From NCBI GenBank assembly GCA_009692515.1, contig SHZA01000003.1, positions 11,966 to 75,965 on the forward strand: a stretch of DNA of 64,000 bases, given 5' to 3'. A program made the translations under genes and the position numbers. Source of the DNA: Bdellovibrionales bacterium (GTDB lineage: Bacteria; Bdellovibrionota; FAC87; UBA2466). Position 1 is the first letter of the stretch. The number at the start of each line of letters is the position of its first letter. Below the pieces are notes generated by a model, which did not search any database, was not told the origin of the DNA, and worked only from the letters and a program-made list of their open reading frames with translations. Of the stretch, positions 37,440 to 49,777 are shown piece after piece.

Positions 37440-38576
37440 ATGATTAGTCGAACAGTAGCCGTGTTGGGTAGTACAGGAACTATAGGTAACTATACGTTAC
37501 AAATTGTAGATAAATATCCAGGGCAATTTAGGGTGGTCTCTTTATCCTGTGCAAAAAACATTGAAAAACTCATTCCTCAAATTGAAAAATATCGTCCCTC
37601 GGTAGTTTCTATCGAAGCTTATGAATCTATTCCCGAACTGAAAAAAAGATTTCCTGAAGTAAAGTTTTTCTCCGGAAGAGAAGGAATCTCAGCCTGTTTG
37701 CAGACTGAGTCTATTGACGTGGCTATTGTGGGCGTTGTCGGATTTGCAGGATTAGAGCCCACAGTGCAGGCTTTGCGTCATTGTAAAATTGTGGGACTTG
37801 CTAATAAAGAGTCTCTCGTAGTGGCGGGAACACTATTAAAAAAAGAGATTGCAAATTCAAAAGCGGTTTGTGTTCCTGTCGATAGTGAACACAATGCTGT
37901 TTATCAAGTTTTGATGGGAAGACGCCGTGAAGAGATTGGTTCTATTGTATTAACGGCTAGTGGAGGTCCCCTTCTCAAACATCCCGAAATGGCTCTAGAG
38001 GATGTGACCCCGGCCTTTGCTGTGGCTCATCCCAATTGGAAAATGGGGCCTAAAATTTCTGTGGATTCTGCAACCATGATGAATAAGGGCTTAGAGGTAA
38101 TTGAAGCTCATTTTCTTTTTGATTTTCCAGAAAAAGAGATCGAAGTTTGGGTTCATCCCCAAAGTATCGTGCATGGAGCTGTATGGTTTAAAGATGCCTC
38201 TTGTATTGCCCAGTTGACCAAACCCGACATGAAATCTTCGATTGGTTACGCCATGAAATACCCTGATCGATTAGACTCTGTAATTCCTAAGTTAACATTA
38301 AAAGAGATGGCAAACTTAGAGTTTTTCGAACCCGATTTGAAGCGTTTTCCATGCTTGCGTTTAGCTAGAGAGGCCCTACTGGCGGGCCCTAGTTACTTAG
38401 TCGTTCTGAATGCGGCTAATGAAATAGCTGTAGATGCTTTTTTAAATAAGAAAATCAGATTTTCTGAAATTCCTACATTCATTGAGAAACAACTTCGCGC
38501 TCATGAAAATACTTCACTTACAACTTTCGAAGAGGTCATCGCTTTAGACCAATTGACCCGAGACAAGGCCTTTTAA
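37440..38576 (+). CDS. dxr: 1-deoxy-D-xylulose 5-phosphate reductoisomerase
   Basis: N-terminal NADPH-binding VLGSTGTIG; DXR family length. Confidence 0.9.
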   Translation: MISRTVAVLGSTGTIGNYTLQIVDKYPGQFRVVSLSCAKNIEKLIPQIEKYRPSVVSIEAYESIPELKKRFPEVKFFSGREGISACLQTESIDVAIVGVVGFAGLEPTVQALRHCKIVGLANKESLVVAGTLLKKEIANSKAVCVPVDSEHNAVYQVLMGRRREEIGSIVLTASGGPLLKHPEMALEDVTPAFAVAHPNWKMGPKISVDSATMMNKGLEVIEAHFLFDFPEKEIEVWVHPQSIVHGAVWFKDASCIAQLTKPDMKSSIGYAMKYPDRLDSVIPKLTLKEMANLEFFEPDLKRFPCLRLAREALLAGPSYLVVLNAANEIAVDAFLNKKIRFSEIPTFIEKQLRAHENTSLTTFEEVIALDQLTRDKAF

Positions 38577-38716
38577 TATTGGCGAGGTCTTAGACGCGTT
38601 GCGATTGTTAGAGGTTGGTTAAACTTTGTTTTGTGCTGATGAAGTTTTGGCAAATCAAATTATTTATAATAAGATACCCTTCAGCTCTCTTTATTCCTTT
38701 TAGGAGGTACTCTTAA

Positions 38717-40378
38717 GTGCTCACATCTATCATCGGCGTCGTAATTCTTCTAGGCGGACTTATCTTTTTTCACGAACTTGGACATTATACGGTGGCTAAA
38801 TTGTTCGGAGTTAAGGTTGAAGTTTTTTCACTCGGATTTGGCAAAAAAATATTCAGTCGGCAAATGGGAGAGACCCAATACTGTCTTTCGATTATTCCTT
38901 TTGGTGGTTACGTTAAGTTAATGGGAGATGATCCTTACAAGGGAGTTCCGGCTAGTGAAGCAGAGCGAGCATTTTGCACACAACAATTATACAAACGCTT
39001 TTGCATTGTGGCGGCGGGTCCAACCGCTAATTTACTTTTAGCTTATGTTCTTTTTACGGTTGTGTTTTTTGCGGGTCAACCCATGGTGGCAACTCGAATT
39101 GGTAATGTGGCTATTCACAGTCCTTCATGGGAAGCTGGGCTACGCGCTAAAGATAATATAATCGAAATAAATGGGAAAAAAATATCTCATTGGATTGAAA
39201 TTGAAGACACGTTGAGACCTTTAGCAGGACAAAAGGTTGAGTTGAAACTTGAACGAGGTTCCCAAGAACTCAGAGTGCCTATTGAAGTTTCAAAGGTTCA
39301 TTTAAAAAATGCTTACGGAGAGGATGAAGAGACTGGTGGAATTAAAGGTATTACTCCTAATCCTTCGGAGCCCGTAGCGGGAATATCGGATCCCAACTCG
39401 GTGGCCTATATAGCTGGGCTTCGTACCGGAGATACCATTACTAAAATTGAAAACAAACCCATTTTAGTCTTTGAGGACATCGCTGATACGTTAAGTTCAA
39501 TATGGGCAGATAACAAACCCATTGTTATAAGTTATAAAAGAAAACCGAACTTAGAGATCAAAGAGGTTCCAGAACAAACGGTTTCTTTAAATCTTCCTAA
39601 GCAACCGAAAGTAGTTTCTGTTTTTGGTGTAGCTACTTTACTGGGAATTTATCCATCTGAACTTTTTGTGCGACAGTTGAGTGCCGGTTCTCCTGCAGAA
39701 AAAGGGGGCCTTAAAGTAGGTGATCGCATTGAAAAATTAGGTGACGTTACAGTTTATAATTTTGAGGGAATTGTAGATTATATACAATCTCAAGGTGGCC
39801 AAGGCCAGGACGCAAAATTAACCATTGAACGCGATGGAAAATTAGTGATCTTAAACTTAAAACCCTCAGAGACAAGCCAAGAGGATCCCATCTCTGGTAA
39901 AAAAATTAAAAAGTACATGATAGGTCTTTCCCCTTGGGCTATTTATCATGAACCCGATTACACGGTATTTAAAATTCGAGAGCCCATTGCGCTAGTAAAG
40001 CATGCTTTTCATGAGACAAATGAATTAGCGAGAAAAATGGTAATCAGTTTAGTAAAACTTGCGACTGGCAAAATTTCTGCAAAGAATTTAGGTGGGCCGG
40101 TTCTAATAGCTTCTGTAGCTGGAAAAAGTTTGGATGCCGGAATTATTCCATTTCTGCAAATGATGGCACTTATTAGTATTAATTTGTTTCTCTTAAACCT
40201 ATTTCCAATTCCTGTATTAGATGGTGGTCACCTTTTATTTTTTATTCTTGAGGCGATTAAGGGAAAACCGGTTTCAATCAGAACCATGGAAGTTGCCAAT
40301 CAAATTGGAATGGTTTTTATTTTAATGTTAGTAGGTCTCACATTATTTAACGACGTAACAAGGATAATTTTACATTGA
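38717..40378 (+). CDS. rseP: RIP zinc metalloprotease RseP (site-2 protease) with PDZ domains
   Basis: HELGHY zinc motif in TM1; two PDZ-like regions; C-terminal LDGG motif; GTG start with AGGAGG RBS. Confidence 0.85.
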   Translation: MLTSIIGVVILLGGLIFFHELGHYTVAKLFGVKVEVFSLGFGKKIFSRQMGETQYCLSIIPFGGYVKLMGDDPYKGVPASEAERAFCTQQLYKRFCIVAAGPTANLLLAYVLFTVVFFAGQPMVATRIGNVAIHSPSWEAGLRAKDNIIEINGKKISHWIEIEDTLRPLAGQKVELKLERGSQELRVPIEVSKVHLKNAYGEDEETGGIKGITPNPSEPVAGISDPNSVAYIAGLRTGDTITKIENKPILVFEDIADTLSSIWADNKPIVISYKRKPNLEIKEVPEQTVSLNLPKQPKVVSVFGVATLLGIYPSELFVRQLSAGSPAEKGGLKVGDRIEKLGDVTVYNFEGIVDYIQSQGGQGQDAKLTIERDGKLVILNLKPSETSQEDPISGKKIKKYMIGLSPWAIYHEPDYTVFKIREPIALVKHAFHETNELARKMVISLVKLATGKISAKNLGGPVLIASVAGKSLDAGIIPFLQMMALISINLFLLNLFPIPVLDGGHLLFFILEAIKGKPVSIRTMEVANQIGMVFILMLVGLTLFNDVTRIILH

Positions 40379-41703
40379 AAAAAACATTCGTTTTAGATAC
40401 GAGCGTTATTCTTTATGATCCGCAATGTATTTTTAAATTCGACGATAATATTGTCGTAGTCCCGATTACAACACTAGAAGAGATGGATCGTTTTAAGAAG
40501 GATCTTACCGAAACGGGACGAAATGCGAGACATTTCGCTCGTTACTTAGATGAAATTAGAAAACGAGGTTCTCTTGCCAACGGAGTTGAAGTTGGTAAAC
40601 GAGGAACTCTAATTATTGATCTCTTTAAAGAATCGGAAAAATGTCTTCCCGCAGATTTTAGTTCTGAGAAAAATGATCATAAAATTCTGTCTGTAGCTTT
40701 AAAAATTAAGCAAGATAAGCCCAATGCTGCTGTAGTTTTTGTAACCAAGGACGTGAATTTACGAGTTAAAGCAGATGCGCTTGGCGTGGTTTCGGTTGAT
40801 TACGAACCCTCTCGAGTGACTTTAGAGGAGTTATATACTGGGATTAGTACTTTTGATGTTCCAGCTGATGTCGTTGAAAATTTTTTATCGCAAAAGAGAT
40901 TTCCTTTTCATGAGAAGGGAATTTTACCCAATGCTTATGTAGTTTTAAGAGATCAGCATGATCCCAATCATTTTGCAGCGGGTCGATATGCGGCAACCGA
41001 ACAGGAGATCATTCCTTTAAAGGTTCCAGATCAAGGGGTCTGGGGAATAAAACCCAGAAATGTGGAGCAGGCTTTTGTATTGGATGCACTACTGGATGAC
41101 TCGATTAGTTTAGTCAGTTTGGTGGGTAAAGCCGGAACTGGAAAAACTCTTTTGGCATTAGCCTGTGGATTACAAAAAACGATCGATGAAGGAAAATATC
41201 AAAAACTATTAGTGTCTCGTCCTATTTTTCCTTTGGGAAAGGATATCGGTTATCTTCCAGGGGAGATTGCGGACAAGTTAAATCCATGGATGCAGCCTAT
41301 CTTTGATAACGTGGATTACATCGTTTCATTCTCTGGCGGTGAAAAAACACAAAAGAGACCTACAAGAAGAGCCTGGCAGGAACTTATCAATCAAGGGATG
41401 TTACAAATCGAGCCTCTCACCTATATTCGCGGTAGAAGTTTGGCATATCAATATTTAATAGTGGATGAGGCTCAAAATTTAACTCCCCATGAAATTAAAA
41501 CGATCATCACCAGAGCAGGTGAGGGAACTAAGGTCGTTCTTACCGGTGATTGTTATCAAATTGATAATCCCTATATTGATTCCTCCAATAATGGTCTGAC
41601 TTATGTGGTGGAAAGATTTAAAAACGAAGGAATTTCCAGCCACGTTACACTTTCTAAAGGGGAACGATCTCATTTGGCCGAGTTAGCTACGAACCTACTT
41701 TAA
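40375..41703 (+). CDS. PhoH-like ATPase with N-terminal PIN domain (YlaK/PhoH2-type)
   Basis: PIN N-terminus (TFVLDTSVIL…); Walker A GKAGTGKT; TTG start overlapping rseP stop. Confidence 0.8.
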   Translation: MKKTFVLDTSVILYDPQCIFKFDDNIVVVPITTLEEMDRFKKDLTETGRNARHFARYLDEIRKRGSLANGVEVGKRGTLIIDLFKESEKCLPADFSSEKNDHKILSVALKIKQDKPNAAVVFVTKDVNLRVKADALGVVSVDYEPSRVTLEELYTGISTFDVPADVVENFLSQKRFPFHEKGILPNAYVVLRDQHDPNHFAAGRYAATEQEIIPLKVPDQGVWGIKPRNVEQAFVLDALLDDSISLVSLVGKAGTGKTLLALACGLQKTIDEGKYQKLLVSRPIFPLGKDIGYLPGEIADKLNPWMQPIFDNVDYIVSFSGGEKTQKRPTRRAWQELINQGMLQIEPLTYIRGRSLAYQYLIVDEAQNLTPHEIKTIITRAGEGTKVVLTGDCYQIDNPYIDSSNNGLTYVVERFKNEGISSHVTLSKGERSHLAELATNLL

Positions 41704-41786
41704 ATAATGCGTCGTGCCATAAACAGATTTCTAGGGAATTTTGTTTTCCTGACCCGAGGTTTGACACCTATATAGGGTCATGTAGT

Positions 41787-42029
41787 GTGAACTTTCGTAA
41801 AGTAAAGGGGTGGAATATGGAAAGAAAAAAAATATCGACAACAGTTTATATTACACCGATGCAAAACGATAATTTGAAGCTTTTAAATCAAAAGACCAAG
41901 GTTCCGATTGCTGAATATATTAGAGAAGGAATCGATATGGTTTTAGAAAAATATCGTAATCAATTGCCTGGGCAATTATCTCTTCTTGGCGATGAAACAA
42001 ATGTTTTAACTCAACCTCATAACAATTGA
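41787..42029 (+). CDS. Small hypothetical protein, possibly ribbon-helix-helix fold
   Basis: 80-aa ORF between phoH-like and lepA; …[18 protein letters not shown]…[13 protein letters not shown] resembles RHH beta-strand plus two helices; weak. Confidence 0.25.
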   Translation: MNFRKVKGWNMERKKISTTVYITPMQNDNLKLLNQKTKVPIAEYIREGIDMVLEKYRNQLPGQLSLLGDETNVLTQPHNN

Positions 42030-42036
42030 TTTAACT

Positions 42037-43839
42037 TTGACTGATCCATCACGAATTCGCAACTTTAGTATTATTGCTCATATCGATCACGGCAAATCTA
42101 CGCTTGCCGATAGGCTTCTTGAAATAACTGGAGCATTAAGTAAGCGTGAAATGCGTGAGCAGTTCATGGATAAGCTTGATATTGAACGGGAGCGTGGAAT
42201 TACTATTAAAGCGCAAACCGCACGCCTTAATTTTACTGCACGAGATGGCAATAATTACATTTTAAATCTGATCGATACTCCTGGCCATGTCGATTTTGTT
42301 TATGAAGTATCTCGAAGTTTAGCGGCTTGTGAAGGTGCTATTCTAGTAGTTGATGCTTCTCAAGGGGTTGAAGCTCAGACCCTAGCCAATGTTTATTTGG
42401 CATTAGATAATCACTTAGAAATTTTTCCAGTTCTGAATAAAATTGATCTTCCTGGCAGTGATATTGAAAATGCTAAATCTGAGATTGAGGAGATTATTGG
42501 TCTCTCAACTGAAAACGCTGTTTCCATCAGTGCGAAAGAGGGAAAAAACGTAAGTGAAGTTTTAGAGGGAATCGTAAAGTATTTTCCACCTCCGAAAGGA
42601 AATCCAGAAGGTCCCTTACAGGCCTTAATTTTTGATGCGTGGTTTGATCCTTATCAGGGAGTCGTCATTCAAATTCGAATTATGCATGGAAGTCTAAAGA
42701 CCCATGATCGTATCCAAATGATGTATTCCAAAACGGAACATGAAGTTTTGAAGTTGGGAACCTTCACTCCCCATCCTGAAGAGGTCAGAGAGTTGGGTGT
42801 AGGAGAGGTCGGATTTTTAACGGCTAATATCAAAACCATTCGGGATGTTAAGGTGGGCGATACTGTCACTTTGGCTTCCCATCCTGCGAGTAAGCCTTTA
42901 GCAGGATTTAAAGAGGTAACTCCGATGGTTTTTAGTGGGATTTATCCGGTAGAAAGCTCGGAATATCCCAATCTAAAAGTAGCTATGGAGAAGCTTGGGT
43001 TAAATGACAGCTCCTTTACCTTTGAAACTGAAACTTCCGATGCGCTCGGTTTTGGTTTCCGTTGTGGATTTTTAGGATTGCTCCACATGGAGATCGTTCA
43101 AGAGCGATTGGAGCGAGAATTTAATATTTCTTTAGTGACGACGGCTCCGACAGTAAAATATCGAGTGTTTAATATTAAAGGCGGAATGGAGGAGATTGAA
43201 AATCCTTCAGATCTTCCTCCACTTCAAATGATTGATCACATTGAAGAGCCTATTGTTCATTGTACTATTCACACTCCTGAAGCTTTTTTAGGAAATTTAA
43301 TTAAATTATGTGAAGACAGACGTGGAACACAAACAAAACTTCACTATCACTCGCCTAAAAGAATTTTGTTGGAATACGATATTCCCTTTAATGAAGTCGT
43401 ATTGTCATTTTACGATAAATTAAAAAGTGTGAGCAAAGGATATGCGAGTTTAGATTATGAATTCGCTCGTTGGGAGACAAGTGATCTTGTAAAAATGGAC
43501 CTCCTAGTGAATGGCGATCCCGTAGATGCTCTAGGATGGATTATTCATAGAGAGAAGGCCTATCACCGTGGTCGAGAGCTCGTCATTAAAATGAAGAAAT
43601 TGATTGAACGACAAATGTTTGAAATTGTAATTCAAGCCGCCATTGCAAATAAAATTATCGCTAAGGAGCGCATTGCACCACTGCGCAAAAACGTATTAGC
43701 AAAATGTTATGGTGGTGATATTTCACGCAAGAGAAAACTTTTGGAAAAGCAAAAAGAGGGCAAAAAGAGAATGAAACAGGTGGGGAATGTTGAGATTCCA
43801 CAAGAGGCCTTCTTGGCAGCACTATCCATTGATGATTGA
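42037..43839 (+). CDS. lepA: Elongation factor 4 (LepA)
   Basis: G-domain [26 protein letters not shown]; LepA-specific C-terminus. Confidence 0.9.
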   Translation: MTDPSRIRNFSIIAHIDHGKSTLADRLLEITGALSKREMREQFMDKLDIERERGITIKAQTARLNFTARDGNNYILNLIDTPGHVDFVYEVSRSLAACEGAILVVDASQGVEAQTLANVYLALDNHLEIFPVLNKIDLPGSDIENAKSEIEEIIGLSTENAVSISAKEGKNVSEVLEGIVKYFPPPKGNPEGPLQALIFDAWFDPYQGVVIQIRIMHGSLKTHDRIQMMYSKTEHEVLKLGTFTPHPEEVRELGVGEVGFLTANIKTIRDVKVGDTVTLASHPASKPLAGFKEVTPMVFSGIYPVESSEYPNLKVAMEKLGLNDSSFTFETETSDALGFGFRCGFLGLLHMEIVQERLEREFNISLVTTAPTVKYRVFNIKGGMEEIENPSDLPPLQMIDHIEEPIVHCTIHTPEAFLGNLIKLCEDRRGTQTKLHYHSPKRILLEYDIPFNEVVLSFYDKLKSVSKGYASLDYEFARWETSDLVKMDLLVNGDPVDALGWIIHREKAYHRGRELVIKMKKLIERQMFEIVIQAAIANKIIAKERIAPLRKNVLAKCYGGDISRKRKLLEKQKEGKKRMKQVGNVEIPQEAFLAALSIDD

Positions 43840-44433
43840 GGTTGGAATTGAAGGATCGTCGATTTCTTTTTAATTTATTTTTAGTGGCTACGGGTGCTGC
43901 CTTATTTGTTAGAGTTTTCATTGTTGAAGACTATCGTATTGCTTCTAACTCTATGTTTCCCAATCTTACTAGTGGAGAGGTCGTCTTTGTTTCAAAGAGT
44001 GCTTTTAATTTACGATTTCCATTTTCCGCTTTAGAAATAATTAAATTTTCCTACCCCAAACGATCCCAAATAGTAGCTTTTACTTTGCCAGATAGAAACA
44101 GTGCAACTTATGTGAAACGAGTCGTTGCAGTGGCGGGTGATAGATTAGAGGTTCGAGCAGGTGATCTCTATATCAATGGGCAACTATCTAACTATCAAGA
44201 ACCTTCTAAACCGCAGCGTCAATTAACTCAGAGCAAAGCTGTCATTAAGTTTGAGCAGATCAGTGGAAATAGGCCCTATCTCATTCAACAGGATCAAGAA
44301 CACATCCAAAACTATGGTCCCGTAGATATTCCAGCTGAGCATTTTTTTGTGATGGGAGATAATCGATTAGAGAGTGTGGATAGTAGAGTGTGGGGACCCG
44401 TTCCTTATTCTTGTCTCAAGGGGCTAGTTCTTA

Positions 44434-44444
<11 letters not shown>
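43836..44444 (+). CDS. lepB: Signal peptidase I
   Basis: S26 motifs SNSMFPNL (catalytic Ser), [22 protein letters not shown]; start codon uncertain (TTG overlapping lepA stop). Confidence 0.7.
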
Positions 44445-45898
<1,454 letters not shown>

Positions 45899-45918
<20 letters not shown>

Positions 45919-46405
45919 TCTTAGATATTTCTTTGAGAGTCACAATCACTTGAGAAGCCAACGCATTTCGTTCGCCTATCGGACCAAAACCTTCCATTGT
46001 TTTAGCTTTGACACTGACACTAGAAAGTTCGGTTCCAAGTAATTGAGCTATGTTAGTACGAATTGCATTACAATATGGAGCTATTTTAGGTTCTTCCAGA
46101 AAAATATTTGAGTCTACTTGGTTAACTTCATAACCCATGTCCTTTATTTTCAGAACGATTTCTTTGACAAACTCAGAGCTGTTTCTGTTTTGATTTTTCG
46201 GATCATTATCAGGAAACCATTGTCCGATATCACCTAAGGCAAGAGCCCCTAAGCAAGCATCAACTAAAGCATGTAAGAGCACATCTCCATCAGAGTGAGC
46301 TTGAACAGAAAAATAACAGGGAAGAGTGATTCCCCCCAATAAAATTCCTTTGGGTTTGATGGTTGGGATCAAACGATGAATGTCGTAGCCGATTCCGGTG
46401 CGCAT
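45899..46405 (-). CDS. ispF: 2-C-methyl-D-erythritol 2,4-cyclodiphosphate synthase
   Basis: MRTGIGYDIHRL N-terminus. Confidence 0.85.
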
Positions 46406-47148
46406 ACTTTAACCCTTTTTGCTTCTGCCAAGACTCCTTGGAGTGTTTCTAGTTCAAAATCGTAGGTTAATTTGATGTTTCTAACATCACCCTTAAAAAC
46501 ACCTACTGGAATTCCATAATACTCACAGAGAGAAGCATCATCTGTAAAGTTAAGTTCCGTAAGATCTTTAATTCGATCCATTAGAGATCGAATTAAACTA
46601 AATTCAAAAATTTGTGGAGTCTGAACTCGATGAACCAATGAGCGGTCGACCGTCTCGACTACCTGATGGTCTTTAATTCTTTTTAGTGTGTCCACTACAG
46701 GAATTGCCGGTACCCAAGCTCCGTAAGCTCTATCAAAAAGACAAAGCTTAATCTGAGTGGCTAATTCATCAGAAATATAAGGACGACAAGCATCATGAAT
46801 TAAAACTCGTGTGGGACTTGGCTGAAGTTCTTCCAGAGCTTGTAAAGCTAAACGAGAGGAGTCTTGTCTTCTTGCTCCCCCAGCAATCACTCTAATTTTG
46901 GTTAGATTGCGATTGCGGAGATACTTCTCAATTTGGCCCTCAGCAATTTGTATATAGGGCCTTGGAGAGGTAATCACCACCTGTCTAAAGATACCCATGT
47001 CCAGGTATGCCTGGAGACAATGAATAAAGACAGGGATTCCACCCAAAAGCTGAAATTGCTTAGGAAGATCCGAACTCAGCCCTTGAGAGGTTTCAGCAAA
47101 GCGACTGCCTAGCCCACCTCCCAATAAAATAGCATCAATAGTAACCAT
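46369..47148 (-). CDS. ispD: 2-C-methyl-D-erythritol 4-phosphate cytidylyltransferase
   Basis: IDAILLGGGLGSRF nucleotide-binding motif. Confidence 0.85.
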   Translation of the reverse strand: MVTIDAILLGGGLGSRFAETSQGLSSDLPKQFQLLGGIPVFIHCLQAYLDMGIFRQVVITSPRPYIQIAEGQIEKYLRNRNLTKIRVIAGGARRQDSSRLALQALEELQPSPTRVLIHDACRPYISDELATQIKLCLFDRAYGAWVPAIPVVDTLKRIKDHQVVETVDRSLVHRVQTPQIFEFSLIRSLMDRIKDLTELNFTDDASLCEYYGIPVGVFKGDVRNIKLTYDFELETLQGVLAEAKRVKVCAPESATTFIV

Positions 47149-47645
47149 TAAGTTCCAAAGATGACTTCAAGTTCTTTTTCTACGTCAGACTCTTGAATGT
47201 TTTGGGCTAAAGAAAGCTCTTTTACTAGTAGTGTTTTGGCTTGGTCTAATAGCTTTCTCTCACCAAAGGATAGATCCTTACCATGTTTTAAGATAAAGAG
47301 AGCTCTTAATACTTCAGCAATTTCATGTACTTGTCCAGTATGGATTTTCTCCATATATTCTCGATAGCGTCGATTCCATGTTTGGTGATCAATAACTGTA
47401 GTGTCTTTTCTTCGTAAAATTTCGTAAACTTTTTCGACCTCTTTTTTTCGAATGATAGGTCGTAATCGTTGAGCAGAGTTGTCGGTAGGGACAAACACCT
47501 TTTTAGGGGCTCCATTGTCCTGTATCTCAAGAATATAGAAAGATTGCTTTATTCCGGGACTGAATTCTCTTTCTTCAATCGCACGAACAACACCCACACC
47601 ATGCGACAAATGAACTGCGTTATCGCCCACTTTGAATTGATACAT
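47148..47645 (-). CDS. CarD-family transcriptional regulator (CdnL-like, RNAP-binding)
   Basis: N-terminal Tudor-like FKVGDNAVHLSHGVGVV; heads the carD-ispD-ispF-cysS operon. Confidence 0.8.
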   Translation of the reverse strand: MYQFKVGDNAVHLSHGVGVVRAIEEREFSPGIKQSFYILEIQDNGAPKKVFVPTDNSAQRLRPIIRKKEVEKVYEILRRKDTTVIDHQTWNRRYREYMEKIHTGQVHEIAEVLRALFILKHGKDLSFGERKLLDQAKTLLVKELSLAQNIQESDVEKELEVIFGT

Positions 47646-47892
47646 TTTTTATGATTCCTTATTACCCTGCTTTGGCAACACAGCTTATAACACAAAAGGG
47701 AACATATTACATCACAAAACCTGCGGCTCGAAGGTGGGCTGAACACCCCAAAATAACATAAGCATCCATATTATCAGCAACTTATATTTGGTATTCCAAT
47801 GACGTAATCTTCATTTGACCTTGGATTTCTCCTTACATATAGTCCGAGCGGGAACTTTAGTTACAAAAGTGGCAAACGAGCTTTAAAACACT

Positions 47893-48501
47893 ATGACTCT
47901 TCAACCCCTTCCTCATTTATTTTTAGCCTCTACGTCACCTCGTCGCCGACAAATTTTAGAGAGTTTAAATATTCCCTTCAGTCTGATTAATCCCGAGGTC
48001 ACCGAGGCTCTTGCTGAGGCCATCAATATTGAAGAGATAACGATGGCTAATTCTTTATTGAAAGCACGCAGTGGAATGGGGTTAGTTTCTAAGGAAACCG
48101 ATATTTTGATTGGCTCAGATACCTTAGTTGTTTTAGGGCAGCAGGTAATGGGCAAACCTAAAGGCAAACAAGATGCGATTAAGATGCTGACTCAACTTTC
48201 AGGAAATTGGCATACCGTAGTGACTGGGATTGCGTTTATCTCCAAGAAATATGGAGAAAAAAAAGTTTGTGATGTTTCAAAAATTAAATTCAAATCCTTA
48301 ACTATCGAACAAATTGCAGACTATGCAGATACTAAAGAACCTTATGACAAGGCTGGTAGTTATGCCGTCCAGGGATTGGGAAGTTTACTTATTGAAAAAC
48401 TAGAAGGGTCTTACACTAATGTAATGGGATTTCCTGTGGAAAAATTTTTAATAGAATTGAGTTTGTTTACTGGAATTCCACTTAAGAAATGGTTCTCTTA
48501 A
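47893..48501 (+). CDS. maf: Maf-like nucleotide pyrophosphatase
   Basis: LASTSPRRRQIL N-terminal motif. Confidence 0.8.
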   Translation: MTLQPLPHLFLASTSPRRRQILESLNIPFSLINPEVTEALAEAINIEEITMANSLLKARSGMGLVSKETDILIGSDTLVVLGQQVMGKPKGKQDAIKMLTQLSGNWHTVVTGIAFISKKYGEKKVCDVSKIKFKSLTIEQIADYADTKEPYDKAGSYAVQGLGSLLIEKLEGSYTNVMGFPVEKFLIELSLFTGIPLKKWFS

Positions 48502-49167
48502 ATGGCGTCGATTGCGGAAAACATTGCTTTGATTAAAGAGCAAATATCCTTGGTATCTAAAGGACGAAAGATTCAGATTGCTGCAGTTACAAAACATCAG
48601 CCTGTAGAGAAGGTGAAAGAGGCTATTGAAGCGGGGATTACAAAACTGGCTGTTAATTATGCTCAAGAGGGTGATGAGCTTAGACTGTTAATTGATAATG
48701 AAAATATAGAATGGCACTTTATCGGCCATATTCAGAGCCGAAAGGTAAAGTACTTAACTGAGTACCACTGTGTTCAAAGCATTGATCGAATGGAAGTTGC
48801 ACATGAACTCAATCTTCGTTTGGAAAAAAAACAACGAGCCGTTTACGTTTTGATAGAGGTAAATATTGGCCGAGAACCTCAAAAGAGTGGAGTTCTTCCT
48901 GAACGACTTAATGATTTTCTGGAACGGTTAGCGGCCATGCCCAATTTAAAGGTGATTGGCCTAATGGCCATTCCCCCCATGATACATCCCGTAGAGGACC
49001 GCAGGGTCTATTTTAAAGAGATGGGGCAACTATTTAAGCAATATCAGCCCTTATATAGTCTAGAGATTCTTTCTATGGGGACTAGTGAGGATTATCTTCT
49101 TGCGATTCAAGAGGGAGCTACCATGGTGCGTCTGGGAACTTGTCTTTTTGGCCATCGTTCTTTTTAA
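48502..49167 (+). CDS. yggS: YggS-family PLP-binding protein
   Basis: Alanine-racemase-N-like fold; IGHIQSRKVK motif. Confidence 0.8.
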   Translation: MASIAENIALIKEQISLVSKGRKIQIAAVTKHQPVEKVKEAIEAGITKLAVNYAQEGDELRLLIDNENIEWHFIGHIQSRKVKYLTEYHCVQSIDRMEVAHELNLRLEKKQRAVYVLIEVNIGREPQKSGVLPERLNDFLERLAAMPNLKVIGLMAIPPMIHPVEDRRVYFKEMGQLFKQYQPLYSLEILSMGTSEDYLLAIQEGATMVRLGTCLFGHRSF

Positions 49168-49225
49168 CTCGAGTTAGTCTGTGGTATATTTTGGTGTAAG
49201 TAATCTTTCTTTTAGGAGAACTATA

Positions 49226-49771
49226 ATGGAAAACAAAACAATAGACGCTTTATCTGAAAAAATTTCACCTATCGAATTAAAGAATAAAGAATTTAAAAAA
49301 GTAATGCTGGGATACTCTCCAGAAGAGGTAGTTTCTTTTCTAGATAAAACAGCAAAAGCTTGGACGCTAGTTCAAAAAAGAGAAAAAGAACTTTTACAGA
49401 AGATTGAGTCTCTCAATGCAGAAATTTCTCATTGGAGACAAAAGGAGACCGAGACCGCACGGATTCGACAAGAAGCGATAAAAGAATCTGAGCTGATTAA
49501 AGAGGCTGGAATCAAAGATGCTGAAAAGTTATTTAGACAAGTTGAAGAAAGAGCTCAAGACATTAGGGTGAGAACAGAAGAATGGTTAACTGAAGTCATT
49601 AATCAAGTTCAAGAGACGGAAAGACAGAAGGCGCATTTTATGACAGCATTTAAATCGGCTCTGGATAGCCATTATGATTTAATTAAAAATGACCAAGAGC
49701 TTTCGGAACCGTTGTCTCAACGATTAGATAATTTTTTGAAAACGGTAACTCAGAGTCCTAGCTCTCACTAA
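49226..49771 (+). CDS. DivIVA-domain protein
   Basis: N-terminal DivIVA pattern …IELKNKEFKKVMLGYSPEEVVSFLDK… followed by coiled coil; ATG 49226 with AGGAG RBS preferred over the ORF-track GTG start at 49181. Confidence 0.6.
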   Translation: MENKTIDALSEKISPIELKNKEFKKVMLGYSPEEVVSFLDKTAKAWTLVQKREKELLQKIESLNAEISHWRQKETETARIRQEAIKESELIKEAGIKDAEKLFRQVEERAQDIRVRTEEWLTEVINQVQETERQKAHFMTAFKSALDSHYDLIKNDQELSEPLSQRLDNFLKTVTQSPSSH

Positions 49772-49777
49772 CTTGAT

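Noticed and set aside
47646-47892. 247-bp divergent intergenic region carD/maf as a possible sRNA locus
   Set aside because: It contains only short AT-rich promoter-like sequence and the strand-specific small ORF-track hits (47469..47654, 47549..47746). There are no convincing hairpin or terminator signatures.
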